Source of the DNA: an uncultured virus (IMG/VR IMGVR_UViG_3300021185_003028)
Taxonomy: Duplodnaviria > Heunggongvirae > Uroviricota > Caudoviricetes
Length of the DNA: 64,000 nt
Reading direction: 5' to 3' (one strand)
Virus record (IMG/VR): IMGVR_UViG_3300021185_003028
Shown: positions 52,637 to 62,662 of the stretch, piece after piece
Numbering within the stretch: position 1 is the stretch's first letter
Layout: the number at the start of each line of letters is the position of its first letter
Notes under the pieces: generated by a model
What the model saw: only the letters and a program-made list of their open reading frames with translations
Told to the model about the DNA's origin: nothing
The model's database searches: none
Position numbers and translations under genes: made by a program

Positions 52637-54855
52637 TCTTGCACCGTCCTTCGCTTCTTGCCCGACTTCATCAATCGCTTGATAGCGACCTTGAATGGGG
52701 TGATAATGTCGGTCGCTAAGGTTGCCACATTATCGACGCTTGCATGGCCGTGATTGCCATACCATGTCGATGTGTTCATGCCACAGATACCGACGGAGAA
52801 GAGGAGAACATCGTCGTCCTCAAGGTCTCGTAGGACTGCGTGAAGGTGCTCGCCTGCGCCGAAGCCTGCGGGTGCAGGGCCAGCGGGTGCGCCATCAGAG
52901 ATGATGAAGACGAGTCGCTTTGCTCCATCCTTGCCGAATTGCTTGGTGCGTCGTGCCGCCCACTTGACTGCGTAGCCGTCAGAGTTCTGAGAGCCTGCGA
53001 ATGGGGTTGCGACTTGACGCTTTACTTTGGTCGTGAGAGCCTCGTTTGCACCCTTGCGGACATTGATGTAGGTTGCGCCTTGAGGGTAGCCCTCGACGCC
53101 TCCATTGGACGAATTGAAGTCCACGACCTCGTAGTCTGCTCCGACCTGTTGGAGAGCCTCACAGAGGGTCACAGCGGACTGTGCGGCCATCTTAGAGCGG
53201 CGACCACCCATCGAGCCACTTGCGTCGATTAGGACGACACAGCGGAGGTTGAATGCTTGGTGGGTCTTAGGCTTCTGAAATAGCCTCTCGGAGGAGCGGA
53301 CAGCCCATAGGCGGTTGTCGTCCAATTTGCCCTTCTTATGGTGGGTGGAGAAGCGTGAATCCGCTCCCTTGATGAGACGCTCGATTTGACGACCGAGACG
53401 CTTGATGCCTGCACGGTTGGTCGAAGCGACTTGGTTGTATGCCTCAAGTGATTCAAGCAGGCCGTGTCGCCAGTGCTCATTGACTTGAGTGATGATTGCG
53501 TGACCACCGTCATCGGTTGTACCGTATGTGTCAGAGTACACGAACTCGTTCTCAATCTCTTCACCTTCTTCATCGAACTCCATGTCTTCAAAGCCGTCTA
53601 AGAGTGAGTCGGCTTCGGCAAGTAGGTTGGTGGCGAAGTCTGTGCCGAACATGGCATCTGACGAGCCTGTGCCGCCTGCCATGTGACCTGTTTCGTGGTT
53701 GTCGCCCAATTGGACTTTTTCTTGGTGAGTACCTTCGTCGTCGTTCTCACCCTTGCCTGCAATGAATTGAGTACCGTTGCCGTCGGTGGAATCGTCGCTG
53801 TCGCCTCGACCGTCACCCTTGCCTGCTCCTTCGCCGTTGCCGTCGCCGTCGCCGTCACCGTCACCGTCGCCCTCAGCACCGCCTTCGCCTGCTTCGTCAC
53901 CGTCACCGTCACCTGCTCCGTCGCCTTCGCCTTCGTCGCCGTCGCCGTTGCCTGCTCCTTCACCTGCGTTGTCGCTGTCAGGAATGACTTCATCGACTTT
54001 CTTGAATCGCTTGCGCTCGACCTTCTCAGCCTCTTGCTTGTTGCGCTTTTGGGTGTTGGCCGCTTCGGTAATGTAGTTCATATCCATGTCGTCAGCAAAC
54101 ACGCCTTCGGCTTCGGGACACTTCGATGCGCCGTACTCGTTGCCGTCGCACTCGTCTTCGGGGAAGTGAGAGCGGTAAATGGCGAGGAGGGTGCGAGCAC
54201 CCTTGACTGCTTCGGAGGTATCAACGGATGCAAGAGCACCCTTGATTTCAGGACGAATGTCGTTCATCATGTTGATGATTTTGTCATTGTCGAAGAAGTG
54301 ACCGACACCGAGAATGACTTCGGTTGCGATAGCGAGAACAGCCATTTTAGGGACTTCGTTGTCTTTGAGTTCACGACCTACGACCATTGACTTATGTTGC
54401 TCCATCATGAACTCCTGAGCGAAGTCAAGACGCTTCTTTGAGCCACCGAAGTCTTGACCGAGCAAGTAGTTCACTCGTGCGTCTTCGATGATGTTGGTGA
54501 AGTCGTGCATCAACCCGTCCTCAGAGCCACGCTTGATTGAGTCAGTGACTCGCTTCCATGCGTTGAAGTTAGTGTAGCGAAGGTGTCCTGCGGCTTCGTG
54601 AGCCAAGACTGCTTCGGTCATAATCAAGTTAAGACGAGGGTCATTGACTTGAGGGTTGATTGGGTATGTGAGCCAAACGGTCTCGCCGTCGGTTGCACAT
54701 GGGGCTGATGGGCCAATCTCGATTTTCTTAATCGAACGGCCTTTGCCTTCGTATTCGCCACTTAGGACACGACCCAATTTGGTCATGTGCGCTCTGTATT
54801 GGTTCAGAGTGGTGCGGTCTGCTGATAGGGTTTGGGTCGGGTTGTTGCCTGCCAT
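52633..54855 (-). CDS. CobT-like VWA (MIDAS) protein with N-terminal metallopeptidase-like domain
   Basis: AHEAAGH, NIIEDARV, Gly/Asp linker, LIDASGSMGG, IISDGAP. Confidence 0.85.
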   Translation of the reverse strand: MAGNNPTQTLSADRTTLNQYRAHMTKLGRVLSGEYEGKGRSIKKIEIGPSAPCATDGETVWLTYPINPQVNDPRLNLIMTEAVLAHEAAGHLRYTNFNAWKRVTDSIKRGSEDGLMHDFTNIIEDARVNYLLGQDFGGSKKRLDFAQEFMMEQHKSMVVGRELKDNEVPKMAVLAIATEVILGVGHFFDNDKIINMMNDIRPEIKGALASVDTSEAVKGARTLLAIYRSHFPEDECDGNEYGASKCPEAEGVFADDMDMNYITEAANTQKRNKQEAEKVERKRFKKVDEVIPDSDNAGEGAGNGDGDEGEGDGAGDGDGDEAGEGGAEGDGDGDGDGDGNGEGAGKGDGRGDSDDSTDGNGTQFIAGKGENDDEGTHQEKVQLGDNHETGHMAGGTGSSDAMFGTDFATNLLAEADSLLDGFEDMEFDEEGEEIENEFVYSDTYGTTDDGGHAIITQVNEHWRHGLLESLEAYNQVASTNRAGIKRLGRQIERLIKGADSRFSTHHKKGKLDDNRLWAVRSSERLFQKPKTHQAFNLRCVVLIDASGSMGGRRSKMAAQSAVTLCEALQQVGADYEVVDFNSSNGGVEGYPQGATYINVRKGANEALTTKVKRQVATPFAGSQNSDGYAVKWAARRTKQFGKDGAKRLVFIISDGAPAGPAPAGFGAGEHLHAVLRDLEDDDVLLFSVGICGMNTSTWYGNHGHASVDNVATLATDIITPFKVAIKRLMKSGKKRRTVQE

Positions 54856-54894
54856 GTTTCACCCTATGTGCTCCACCTATATAACAGTAGCGAC

Positions 54895-55707
54895 CTATCT
54901 CTTTCGATAAGCCGACTTCTGAAATGGTGGAGGATTCTGAGTTATGGCTCGCAGTCGTGCGATTAACGCCCTCGATACCTTGCTGAGACCGTCAATGCGC
55001 CATGCTTGGTCATGCAATGACATGGCGTCCATGATGGCCCTGCCGTCGAGGCTGTTATGGTTCGCCATTTGTAGGATTGAGAGTGGGTGGCACGAGAAGT
55101 CTCCATCAAATGTGCCGCTCAGTATTGCCTTTGGTTGGTTTTTTGAATCGACAAATGGACTCGATTCGATATTCGGTTCTATTGAGAACTGATGATTGAT
55201 GATGGCTTGACGGTACGATTCGCATTTGTATTCCCCCCATAGGGGGGAATCCAAATCAGGATTTTGCTCGGTAGTGGTCAGGGTATCGGTTTCGATAGCA
55301 TCAAGACAGCGGGTGATATGTTGTTCTGAAGGCTTTGAGATTTCGATAATCATGCAATTCTTTCGTATCGAATATGGGATAGACTGCATGGATAGGGCGA
55401 TAAAGACCGTAGGAGGTGCGTCAGAGAGACGCTTTTCGATTTTAGACCACATTGCACGGGTGAACCAATCGGTGTCCTCTATGGCGGCGTATCGACCCTT
55501 TCCGAAGAATGTAGGATGACGAGCGTTCTCGATTGCCCTCAGAGGGTCTTCGTTGAACTCGGCTTCCAATCCTTCTTCACTGCCTATCGTGGTCAGTGTG
55601 TGGGTCTTTCCTGTGCCTGTTGCACCCCATAGAATGAGATGGCGTGAAGGGTTCTTCATCCATGCACGGATACCCTCGATGGTCGAGCGTCGTCCGATGA
55701 GAGTCAT
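54895..55707 (-). CDS. Clamp-loader (RFC large subunit-like) AAA+ protein, short and divergent
   Basis: LILWGATGTGKT, IEDTD, PTVFIA..IRKNCMIIEISKPS. Confidence 0.65.
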   Translation of the reverse strand: MTLIGRRSTIEGIRAWMKNPSRHLILWGATGTGKTHTLTTIGSEEGLEAEFNEDPLRAIENARHPTFFGKGRYAAIEDTDWFTRAMWSKIEKRLSDAPPTVFIALSMQSIPYSIRKNCMIIEISKPSEQHITRCLDAIETDTLTTTEQNPDLDSPLWGEYKCESYRQAIINHQFSIEPNIESSPFVDSKNQPKAILSGTFDGDFSCHPLSILQMANHNSLDGRAIMDAMSLHDQAWRIDGLSKVSRALIARLRAITQNPPPFQKSAYRKR

Positions 55708-55712
55708 GAGAA

Positions 55713-55907
55713 TCAAATGCGCCAATTGTGGCCTTGTAGCGTCTTTTGCTTGCGAGGTATGAGTGTCGTTTGCTTGGTGTCGATTGCCTGCATCTCACGG
55801 ATTAGTATTGCGATTTCAGGGTCGTCTTCAAAGTGCTTCATGAGCAAGTGCATCTGCAATTCAAGTGTCTCGATTTTCTTGGTTAGGGTTTGAATCTCTT
55901 CGTCCAT
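55713..55907 (-). CDS. Small coiled-coil protein
   Basis: Replication-class promoter; contains QTTL and QKTL PIP-like words. Confidence 0.55.
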   Translation of the reverse strand: MDEEIQTLTKKIETLELQMHLLMKHFEDDPEIAILIREMQAIDTKQTTLIPRKQKTLQGHNWRI

Positions 55908-55940
55908 AACAGTCGATTCGATGCCCACCTATATGAGGGT

Positions 55941-55987
55941 GGGATGCAGGTCAGAAAGTGTGCGCCTCCGTAAGAAACCTGCACCCC
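55941..55987 (-). terminator. Stem-loop downstream of MoxR gene
   Basis: GGGTGCAGGT...ACCTGCATCC pairing on the - strand. Confidence 0.4.
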
Positions 55988-56016
55988 GAAGCCTCACGGG
56001 GCGGCGAGTGTGAGCC

Positions 56017-57243
56017 TCAGACGAAGTCCGCAAGGCGAGCACGAGCGGCGGCTTCAACCTGTGGGCGTTCGTCAGCGGCGTAGCGACCGAGCATGACATA
56101 GCGAATGGATTCGCTGATGGTCAAGTCTCGTAGTTCATCGACCATTTGCACGAGCATACGGGTCGAGGTGTCGGACTCTAATTGGTGGTCTTTCTTGAGC
56201 CTGCGAAGGTCGTTAGCCAAGTCCACGATTTGAGAGACAATGTCACGGTCTGTGAAGCCTGTTTGCTCCATGACGACCTTGACTTCAAGGTCTTTAGCCA
56301 AGTAGTCGAATGGCAAGGAGTAGGTGAAGCGGTTCTTGGTCGCTTGGTTCATCTCATTGACACCTGCGTAGTCGTCAGGTGGGTTCATAGTGCCGATGAC
56401 CATGAAGCCTGCTTTGGCCTTGACGACACGGTTGTTGTCGTCAGGAATGACGAGGAGACCTGTATCCATGAGACCGTTGAGAGCCATGAGAATGTTCTCA
56501 CGAGCACCGTTGATTTCATCAGCCAAGAATGGGATGCCAAGTTCAGCGGCCATTGTTAGGACACCGTCTTGGAACACGACTTCGCCGTCCACGAGGGTTC
56601 GGCAACCGATGAATTGGTCTTCGGTGACACCGTCGCTCATGTTCATGCGGAGTAGTGGTGCATTGACTTCGGCGAAGAAGTCCTTAGCGAGTAGGGACTT
56701 GCCACAGCCCGTAGGGCCGACGAAGAGAATGTGAGACTTGATGGTATCGCCTGCAAGAGAGCGGCGGTAACGGTTAGCCAAGAGACGCATTTCATTGCGG
56801 TCAGACTCAACAAATCCAACCTTCTTAGGTACGAGGGACTTGAGCAAGTCGGACATGTCAGCGAGTGCATCAGGGTTGTTGCGAGGGACACCGTAAAACG
56901 AGCCACCGATTGAGACGGTTGCGACAGGTGTGTCATCGAATGCGACAGTAGGGCCGTTGGCGACTGTGGATACCACAGGAGGAGCGACATTGCCACCCAT
57001 CAAAATTGCTTCGGCGGATTCAGCAAGCCATACTTGACGGTCTTTGCCGATGGTGACACGGGTCACGCCTGCTTTTGTCATTCGTGCTGTGTTGAAGGCA
57101 TTGACTTTCAGAGACTGTATGGAGGTCTCCTGTCCGTCGGCTGTCTTCAAATCAAGAATCGCTGTGAGGTATGCTTCTTCGGACATACGGCCACCTGCGT
57201 TCTTTACGGCTTCGTTCATTGCTTCAATTGTTGTTAGGGTCAT
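56017..57243 (-). CDS. MoxR-family (CbbQ/NorQ/CobS-like) AAA+ ATPase
   Basis: GPTGCGKS, FQDGVL, LADEIN, GTMNP..YAG, ATKNRF, STRML. Confidence 0.9.
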   Translation of the reverse strand: MTLTTIEAMNEAVKNAGGRMSEEAYLTAILDLKTADGQETSIQSLKVNAFNTARMTKAGVTRVTIGKDRQVWLAESAEAILMGGNVAPPVVSTVANGPTVAFDDTPVATVSIGGSFYGVPRNNPDALADMSDLLKSLVPKKVGFVESDRNEMRLLANRYRRSLAGDTIKSHILFVGPTGCGKSLLAKDFFAEVNAPLLRMNMSDGVTEDQFIGCRTLVDGEVVFQDGVLTMAAELGIPFLADEINGARENILMALNGLMDTGLLVIPDDNNRVVKAKAGFMVIGTMNPPDDYAGVNEMNQATKNRFTYSLPFDYLAKDLEVKVVMEQTGFTDRDIVSQIVDLANDLRRLKKDHQLESDTSTRMLVQMVDELRDLTISESIRYVMLGRYAADERPQVEAAARARLADFV

Positions 57244-57388
57244 TTGCTTCACTTTCCTTATTTTTTCCTGTGCCGTCCCACCTATATAATCGTTTTTGCG
57301 GTTTCTGTTTGTCCGTGTTATTCGACTGTTGTTGGGTCGGCTACAAATGACCCTATGTGGGCCACCTATATAATACTATCTCACAAAG

Positions 57389-57838
57389 TTACGGAGATGG
57401 CATGTAGCCCTTGATGGTTAGATACGCAGTCAATAGGTTCTCAGTCCATCGTTTAAGCATGACTTTCTTCTCGTATCGGCGGATAACATCGACAGTCTGA
57501 CGGAGCGTTTGCTTCTGTTGCTTATCGAACTCCATAACCAATCCTATGCGCTTTATTGCTTCTAAAGCGGTTTCCCAACAGATTGCAGGCGGGTCGCTTC
57601 TCTTTTGCCAAACCAAAGACAACAATGCGTTGCCTGCCATGACGGGTTCGTCTCTCAAACATTGGAGGGCAATGACCTCAATGTCCTCGGCCATCATCTC
57701 TTTGAATGCCTTCTTCTCCTTCTCTAAGGCCCGTTTCCATCTCTCGCTCCACATGTACCTGTGGGCCACTACACGCACGCCATAGTGCGTGAAACCGCAC
57801 TCATCTCGTAGAAGTGTGTAGCACTCACGCTCTTTCAT
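57389..57838 (-). CDS. Hypothetical protein
   Basis: MKERE start just after the PolB stop. Confidence 0.6.
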   Translation of the reverse strand: MKERECYTLLRDECGFTHYGVRVVAHRYMWSERWKRALEKEKKAFKEMMAEDIEVIALQCLRDEPVMAGNALLSLVWQKRSDPPAICWETALEAIKRIGLVMEFDKQQKQTLRQTVDVIRRYEKKVMLKRWTENLLTAYLTIKGYMPSP

Positions 57839-57843
57839 GCGTC

Positions 57844-60462
57844 TCAAGAGAACCACGCATCCAATGTAGTCGAGCCGACTCCACTGACACACCGTTCCCA
57901 ATTTGTACCCAATGCTCCGAGAATTGCCTTGAACGAATTGCTCTCAGCGAAGTATTTGTCGATGGTCATATCACGGTCGATAACGATGCCAAAGTCGTCA
58001 GGAGACTCACCCCATTCGATTGCTATGCGTCGATTCGACGGCAACGGAGCAGGTGCGGTCTTGGCAAAGAAAATCATAGGCTTGTCACCCAAATCGAACT
58101 CAGTACCAATGTTTTCGTTGCTCCACATAGCCGCCTTATGGGCGAATGTGCCTGCCTTCTTGACTCCGAATGGTTGCCCGAAGTCCAATTGAGGTGTCAC
58201 ATCGGGGTCTTTCATTGCCACGATTTGCTCACGAATCAGAACACCGATGGCCGTTGCGTCTCCCCCATCCAATATCGAGTCGAATAGAACCTGTTGAACG
58301 GTTTTGACTACATTCGGAGTCGAAGAACGGCGGAGTTCAACGCCTCTGTAACCGTGTTTGCCATTGAAATCACGGTATGCGTACCGCTTCTTGACGCCCC
58401 ATTGGAAGTATCGCTCGTAGTAGGCGTCAGGTTTGATGTTGAAGAACTCGTTCTTATCGACATTGAGCGTCTCTTTGACGAAGTCGTCGAACGATTTGTT
58501 CAGTTCTCGGCACAGAATGTCAGCCATGTCCTTTACATCGGCCTCCGTGAAGGGTCGAATCGTCTTCTCGACCTCGTCGTGGTTGGATATTGCCACCTTG
58601 CAGGAGTCAGTGTCCTGATACAGGGTGGTGAAGCGGAGTTCCATACACCCATGAGATGCGGGTATATAGTCTTTTTGTGGATATACACCTGACTCGGTGA
58701 AAAACAAAGTGCGTTTGTTGATGTAGTGTTTGTTCCAATCGTTGTGCAGTCGTGCGGTTTCGGTGATGTCAGAGCCAATCTCAGGGTCGGCGAGACGGAA
58801 CGGTCGGTTGCGAGTCTTCTCAGTTCGACCCGAACCCAAAACGCCGTACCACGAGTTCATGTTCTCCTTCATGACACGCTGTTGCCTATCGAGGAGTAGC
58901 AATTTGTCAGGGTCTGCCTCGGTTCTCATCTCGTCTTTCAACGCTTGACGAGCCGACGCAAGTCCTCTCAGGACACGAGCCATGATTGATTCTTTGTCTC
59001 GTCGATAGAATCGTCCACCTCTCGTCTCGGTGACAGGGAATGGAAACCCTTCGGGATAATCGGATTCGATAACTTTGGTGTCAGGGCCAAAATTGCCTGT
59101 GATAATCGCCGACGGGTATTCCATCGAGTTATCCAATTCAAATGCGTTCCGCCAAACACCCACAGGGGCTTCCATGACGAAGCCTCCTTGCTCGATGCCC
59201 CCTTCGGGCATTGAATCTCTAACGACCTGCACAGAGGGCAGTATGACCCCTTCACGCATCAACAAATGGCCCATCATGTCTTCAACGAGCATCATGTTGC
59301 TGTGACTGTTATGGAGAGTGGAGTTATGATAGGCGGTCTTCATGACATAGAAGGGGAGCAGGTCTAACTTCTCCATACACCGTGCGGCACAGACATTGTC
59401 CCATGCGTTATACACAGCGAGCATCATCGGGTCTTTGACCATCAGTTCAGTGATTCGGGTTCGTGGTACTTTGCCATAGCCAAGTGTACTGTGCGCCATC
59501 CACGATAGCGAAGCCGCTCCTGTTGTTGCGGCCGCTCCTTGCACCTGTTCAGCGTATGCGATTTTGGTATCGAATGTGGGCATGCGGCGCATGAAATCGA
59601 ATGACGGGACTTTGTACCGATGGTATCGAAGAACCTTGCGTACACGGTTCACGAGATACGGTATGTCGTATCCCTTGATGTTCTGACCTGCGAGTACATC
59701 GGGGTCGTATCTCTTGAGAGCATCGACCCACCAATTCATCAGGTCAGTCTCTCTTTGCATCAGGTCGGGGTTATCGAAGTTAATGACCTTGACTTTGTCA
59801 CGAGGAACAGGAGGTATCGGTTGGTCGTGTTCGACTATGTCCTCCAACGCTTCTTGGGAAGACATGAACCGTTGAACGAGTCGCTCAGAAGTCGGTGATG
59901 TTGTTGCTATCTCGTGCATGCCTGTCTTCACATCGAACAGAGCGATTGACACGACAGGTTCGGGTGCGTTCTCCATGTCGAGAGAATCGGCGGTTTCAAT
60001 ATCGAAGTACAGTAGGTCGGGTGTGAAGTCCGATGCGGGAACTTGAGAATCGTAGATATTCACAGGTCTGAGGTTATCCATGTCCTTCGACATATCGACT
60101 TCAATAACTGCGTACCAACCGTAGAGCCATCTGACCATTGACGACCATCGTGCATCGGCGGCGTAGTGTGGATAGTAAAAGTCACGAATCTCTCGATAGT
60201 GAAACGGTGATGCAATCTCAATCTCCATCAGGGGCTTGCCATCGACACTCTCCATGTCGCTGATTTTACTGCCGACGAAGCCGTCAATTTTACTGCCGAA
60301 TGGGTGCTCGTTCTTGGGCTTGGCAGTCCAAAACCTCGGCTTGCATCCATGCACTCGTAACTTGACTGTGTCACCGTTGCGAGCCTTGCATCTGAGCACG
60401 GTACTCCATGACTTCTTATCGCCCTCAGCGGCTACATCAATAATCAACAGAGGCTCTCGCAT
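57844..60462 (-). CDS. polB: Family B DNA polymerase with 3'-5' exonuclease
   Basis: FDIET, NIKGYDIPY, YNAWD, DNSMEYPS, KENMNSWYG, YQDTDS, KKRY; C-terminal PIP-like TTLDAWF. Confidence 0.95.
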   Translation of the reverse strand: MREPLLIIDVAAEGDKKSWSTVLRCKARNGDTVKLRVHGCKPRFWTAKPKNEHPFGSKIDGFVGSKISDMESVDGKPLMEIEIASPFHYREIRDFYYPHYAADARWSSMVRWLYGWYAVIEVDMSKDMDNLRPVNIYDSQVPASDFTPDLLYFDIETADSLDMENAPEPVVSIALFDVKTGMHEIATTSPTSERLVQRFMSSQEALEDIVEHDQPIPPVPRDKVKVINFDNPDLMQRETDLMNWWVDALKRYDPDVLAGQNIKGYDIPYLVNRVRKVLRYHRYKVPSFDFMRRMPTFDTKIAYAEQVQGAAATTGAASLSWMAHSTLGYGKVPRTRITELMVKDPMMLAVYNAWDNVCAARCMEKLDLLPFYVMKTAYHNSTLHNSHSNMMLVEDMMGHLLMREGVILPSVQVVRDSMPEGGIEQGGFVMEAPVGVWRNAFELDNSMEYPSAIITGNFGPDTKVIESDYPEGFPFPVTETRGGRFYRRDKESIMARVLRGLASARQALKDEMRTEADPDKLLLLDRQQRVMKENMNSWYGVLGSGRTEKTRNRPFRLADPEIGSDITETARLHNDWNKHYINKRTLFFTESGVYPQKDYIPASHGCMELRFTTLYQDTDSCKVAISNHDEVEKTIRPFTEADVKDMADILCRELNKSFDDFVKETLNVDKNEFFNIKPDAYYERYFQWGVKKRYAYRDFNGKHGYRGVELRRSSTPNVVKTVQQVLFDSILDGGDATAIGVLIREQIVAMKDPDVTPQLDFGQPFGVKKAGTFAHKAAMWSNENIGTEFDLGDKPMIFFAKTAPAPLPSNRRIAIEWGESPDDFGIVIDRDMTIDKYFAESNSFKAILGALGTNWERCVSGVGSTTLDAWFS

Positions 60463-60488
60463 AGATGAATCACCTCGACCCACCTATT

Positions 60489-60761
60489 TCAATCACGCTT
60501 TTGCGCTCGTTCTAACTCGTCAATTTTGGATTGGAGTAGATTGCGCTCGTTCTCGATTCTGAGCATGGCGGCGGCAATGTAAATGAGATTGTCAAGGACT
60601 TCTTCAAGTCCCATCTCAAGCCATGAATCCTGCTTAGTTCCCCATTGAGTAGTGTCGTCTCCGACACGAAGGCCGTGACCGTATTGCTTGATGCCTACGG
60701 CCATGCGTTCTTTGATTATCTCAATGATGCGAGCGTTGTCGTCTGATTCATGCGGTTGCAT
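60489..60761 (-). CDS. All-alpha (MazG-like) nucleotide pyrophosphatase-like protein
   Basis: ERMAVGIKQYG...WLEMGLEEVLDNLIY. Confidence 0.5.
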   Translation of the reverse strand: MQPHESDDNARIIEIIKERMAVGIKQYGHGLRVGDDTTQWGTKQDSWLEMGLEEVLDNLIYIAAAMLRIENERNLLQSKIDELERAQKRD

Positions 60762-61296
60762 ATTTTGGCCTCCACCATTTAGGCGGTGTTCTCACCGACC
60801 ATGTTGCGAAGCCTGCCTTATCACGCATATAGAACTCACGGTATGCTTTGGTCGCTGACGGCCATTCAAGCAGGTCTTCGTTCTCACCCTTGCTCTGATT
60901 GAAACATCGAGCGAACGGTGTTGCACCTCGCTTAGGCCATCCTCTTGCCTCGTGCATCAAGTCCAAATCAAGGATATGCTGTATTTGCGCCCACGATGCG
61001 TGCTCTTTGCCGAATCGCTTTTTGTATTCGTAGCAAATGGCCTGTGTATGACGCAAGTTCCAAATGAAGTTAGACAGTGAAGTAGCAACCCAAATAGTCG
61101 CAGGGTGGTGTCGATAACCGCCCTTATGCGGCTTTTTAGTGCCGACTGTGAGAGGCATTAGTTCAGGGGCAACGCCACGAATCAGCAAGGCTTGAACGGC
61201 CATTTGAACGCCCTCCTTTGCCTGTGAACGCACATGCTTATCACATAGATTGATAGCACATACGATAGGTGAATCGTCGGTTGCCATGATGTTCAT
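60748..61296 (-). CDS. Pyrimidine-dimer DNA glycosylase (DenV-like) family protein
   Basis: MNI..D.SP..CA..LCDKHV, HHPATIWV, EYKKRFGKEH, AYREFY..DK. Confidence 0.7.
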   Translation of the reverse strand: MNIMATDDSPIVCAINLCDKHVRSQAKEGVQMAVQALLIRGVAPELMPLTVGTKKPHKGGYRHHPATIWVATSLSNFIWNLRHTQAICYEYKKRFGKEHASWAQIQHILDLDLMHEARGWPKRGATPFARCFNQSKGENEDLLEWPSATKAYREFYMRDKAGFATWSVRTPPKWWRPKYATA

Positions 61297-61520
61297 TCTT
61301 CTCGCTCCCATACGATGCCCTGTTCAAGGTGGTCTCGGTTGCACACTACACGATAGCGGCGTAGCAATTTGTCGAGTCGTGTTTGCATAACAATCACGGG
61401 GATTGCGAGGAACTTATTGCATCCATCAGCAATTTCCTGTGCGTCTTCGTATGTTCGCTGTATTGACAGCACTTCGCTCATGTAGTCTTTTTCCCAAAAC
61501 CATTTCCATGTTCTTGTCAT
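61293..61520 (-). CDS. Small hypothetical protein
   Basis: Own TTATATAGG promoter. Confidence 0.65.
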   Translation of the reverse strand: MTRTWKWFWEKDYMSEVLSIQRTYEDAQEIADGCNKFLAIPVIVMQTRLDKLLRRYRVVCNRDHLEQGIVWEREE

Positions 61521-61541
61521 GTTCTATACCATGCGCCACAC

Positions 61542-62528
61542 CTATATAAGCGTGATGGTTCGGATGAAGCATTTGACTGCGAGAATATCGTCTTGGGCCA
61601 CGCTTGCGATTTTGAGTGCTTCGCCCAAGCCCATCAGGACGCCTGCTTGCATTTTGAGAGGCATGTCTTCGTCGGTGGTCACGAGGTCATAGATGGCATC
61701 GAGAATCTCAACGCCTGACATGCCCCTTGCACCGAGCGCATCAATCTCCTTATCGACTTCACGCATCAGCCTCATGTCGTTCTTGGTCAGAGCCTTGAAC
61801 GCCCTCGATAGCAAACGCTTCGCCCTGTTCGGCTGAACCGTCACCACGAACTCTTCAACATCGGCGAGTTCGACTTCACCTGCAACACGAGTCAAAGTCC
61901 AAAGCAAGTTCAGAGCCTTTCGCATCGAGCCACGAGAAGTCCTCATCAGCAAGTCCAACGCCTCGTCGGTTAATGCTGTCGATAGGGCAAGGAGAGCGGG
62001 TCTCATCTCATCAGGGTGAATCGGAGTAAATCGAGTCGATGCAAATGCACATCGGTCTTTGATGGGGTCAATCAATTTTTGAGGATAGTTCGCACTGAGA
62101 ATGAATCGAGTCTGTGGGTATCGCTCCATCATCCTTCGTAGTGCGGCCTGTGCTTCGGGTGTGAGGTTGTCACACTCGTCAAGGAACACCACATTGAATG
62201 GGATTGGTCGAGTCTTGCCATCGACTTCGTATGTGCCGATGACTCCACGAGAAGCGAACTCCTTGACCTTAGAACGGATGACTGAGATAGAGCGTTCGTC
62301 AGAAGCGTTCATCTCAAGCCAATTAGACGACCATGCGTCACCGAAGGCTGTCTTCATCAATGCGATAGCAGTCGAGGTCTTGCCTACGCCCTGCATACCT
62401 GCAAACAGTAGGTGAGGTATGTCCTCGCCCCTGTGGATGCCTTCGACCATTGCTTTGAGCCGAGAGATGATGTGAGTCTGTCCTACAACATCGTCAAGCG
62501 TCTCAGGTCTGTGCTGTTCAATCCACAT
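61542..62528 (-). CDS. rfcS: Replication factor C small subunit (clamp loader)
   Basis: [53 protein letters not shown]. Confidence 0.93.
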   Translation of the reverse strand: MWIEQHRPETLDDVVGQTHIISRLKAMVEGIHRGEDIPHLLFAGMQGVGKTSTAIALMKTAFGDAWSSNWLEMNASDERSISVIRSKVKEFASRGVIGTYEVDGKTRPIPFNVVFLDECDNLTPEAQAALRRMMERYPQTRFILSANYPQKLIDPIKDRCAFASTRFTPIHPDEMRPALLALSTALTDEALDLLMRTSRGSMRKALNLLWTLTRVAGEVELADVEEFVVTVQPNRAKRLLSRAFKALTKNDMRLMREVDKEIDALGARGMSGVEILDAIYDLVTTDEDMPLKMQAGVLMGLGEALKIASVAQDDILAVKCFIRTITLI

Positions 62529-62662
62529 GATGCTATCACCTTGCCACACCTACTTAATCATCTAAGGATGCCTGCCACGACTCGTGACAGTCTTCACATA
62601 GCGAATTATTTGTCGATGCCGTAGGCACGCATACAGGACAGTCAGCACTCAAATCAACCGCC

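Noticed and set aside
53760..53970. Low-complexity GCCGTC-type repeats as a DNA-level element
   Set aside because: They encode the Gly/Asp linker of the VWA protein.
60463..60483. GTG starts 21 nt upstream of ATG for PolB, RFC-S, XPD, clamp, primase and others
   Set aside because: The GTG is part of the promoter GGTG motif and lies upstream of the predicted transcript start.
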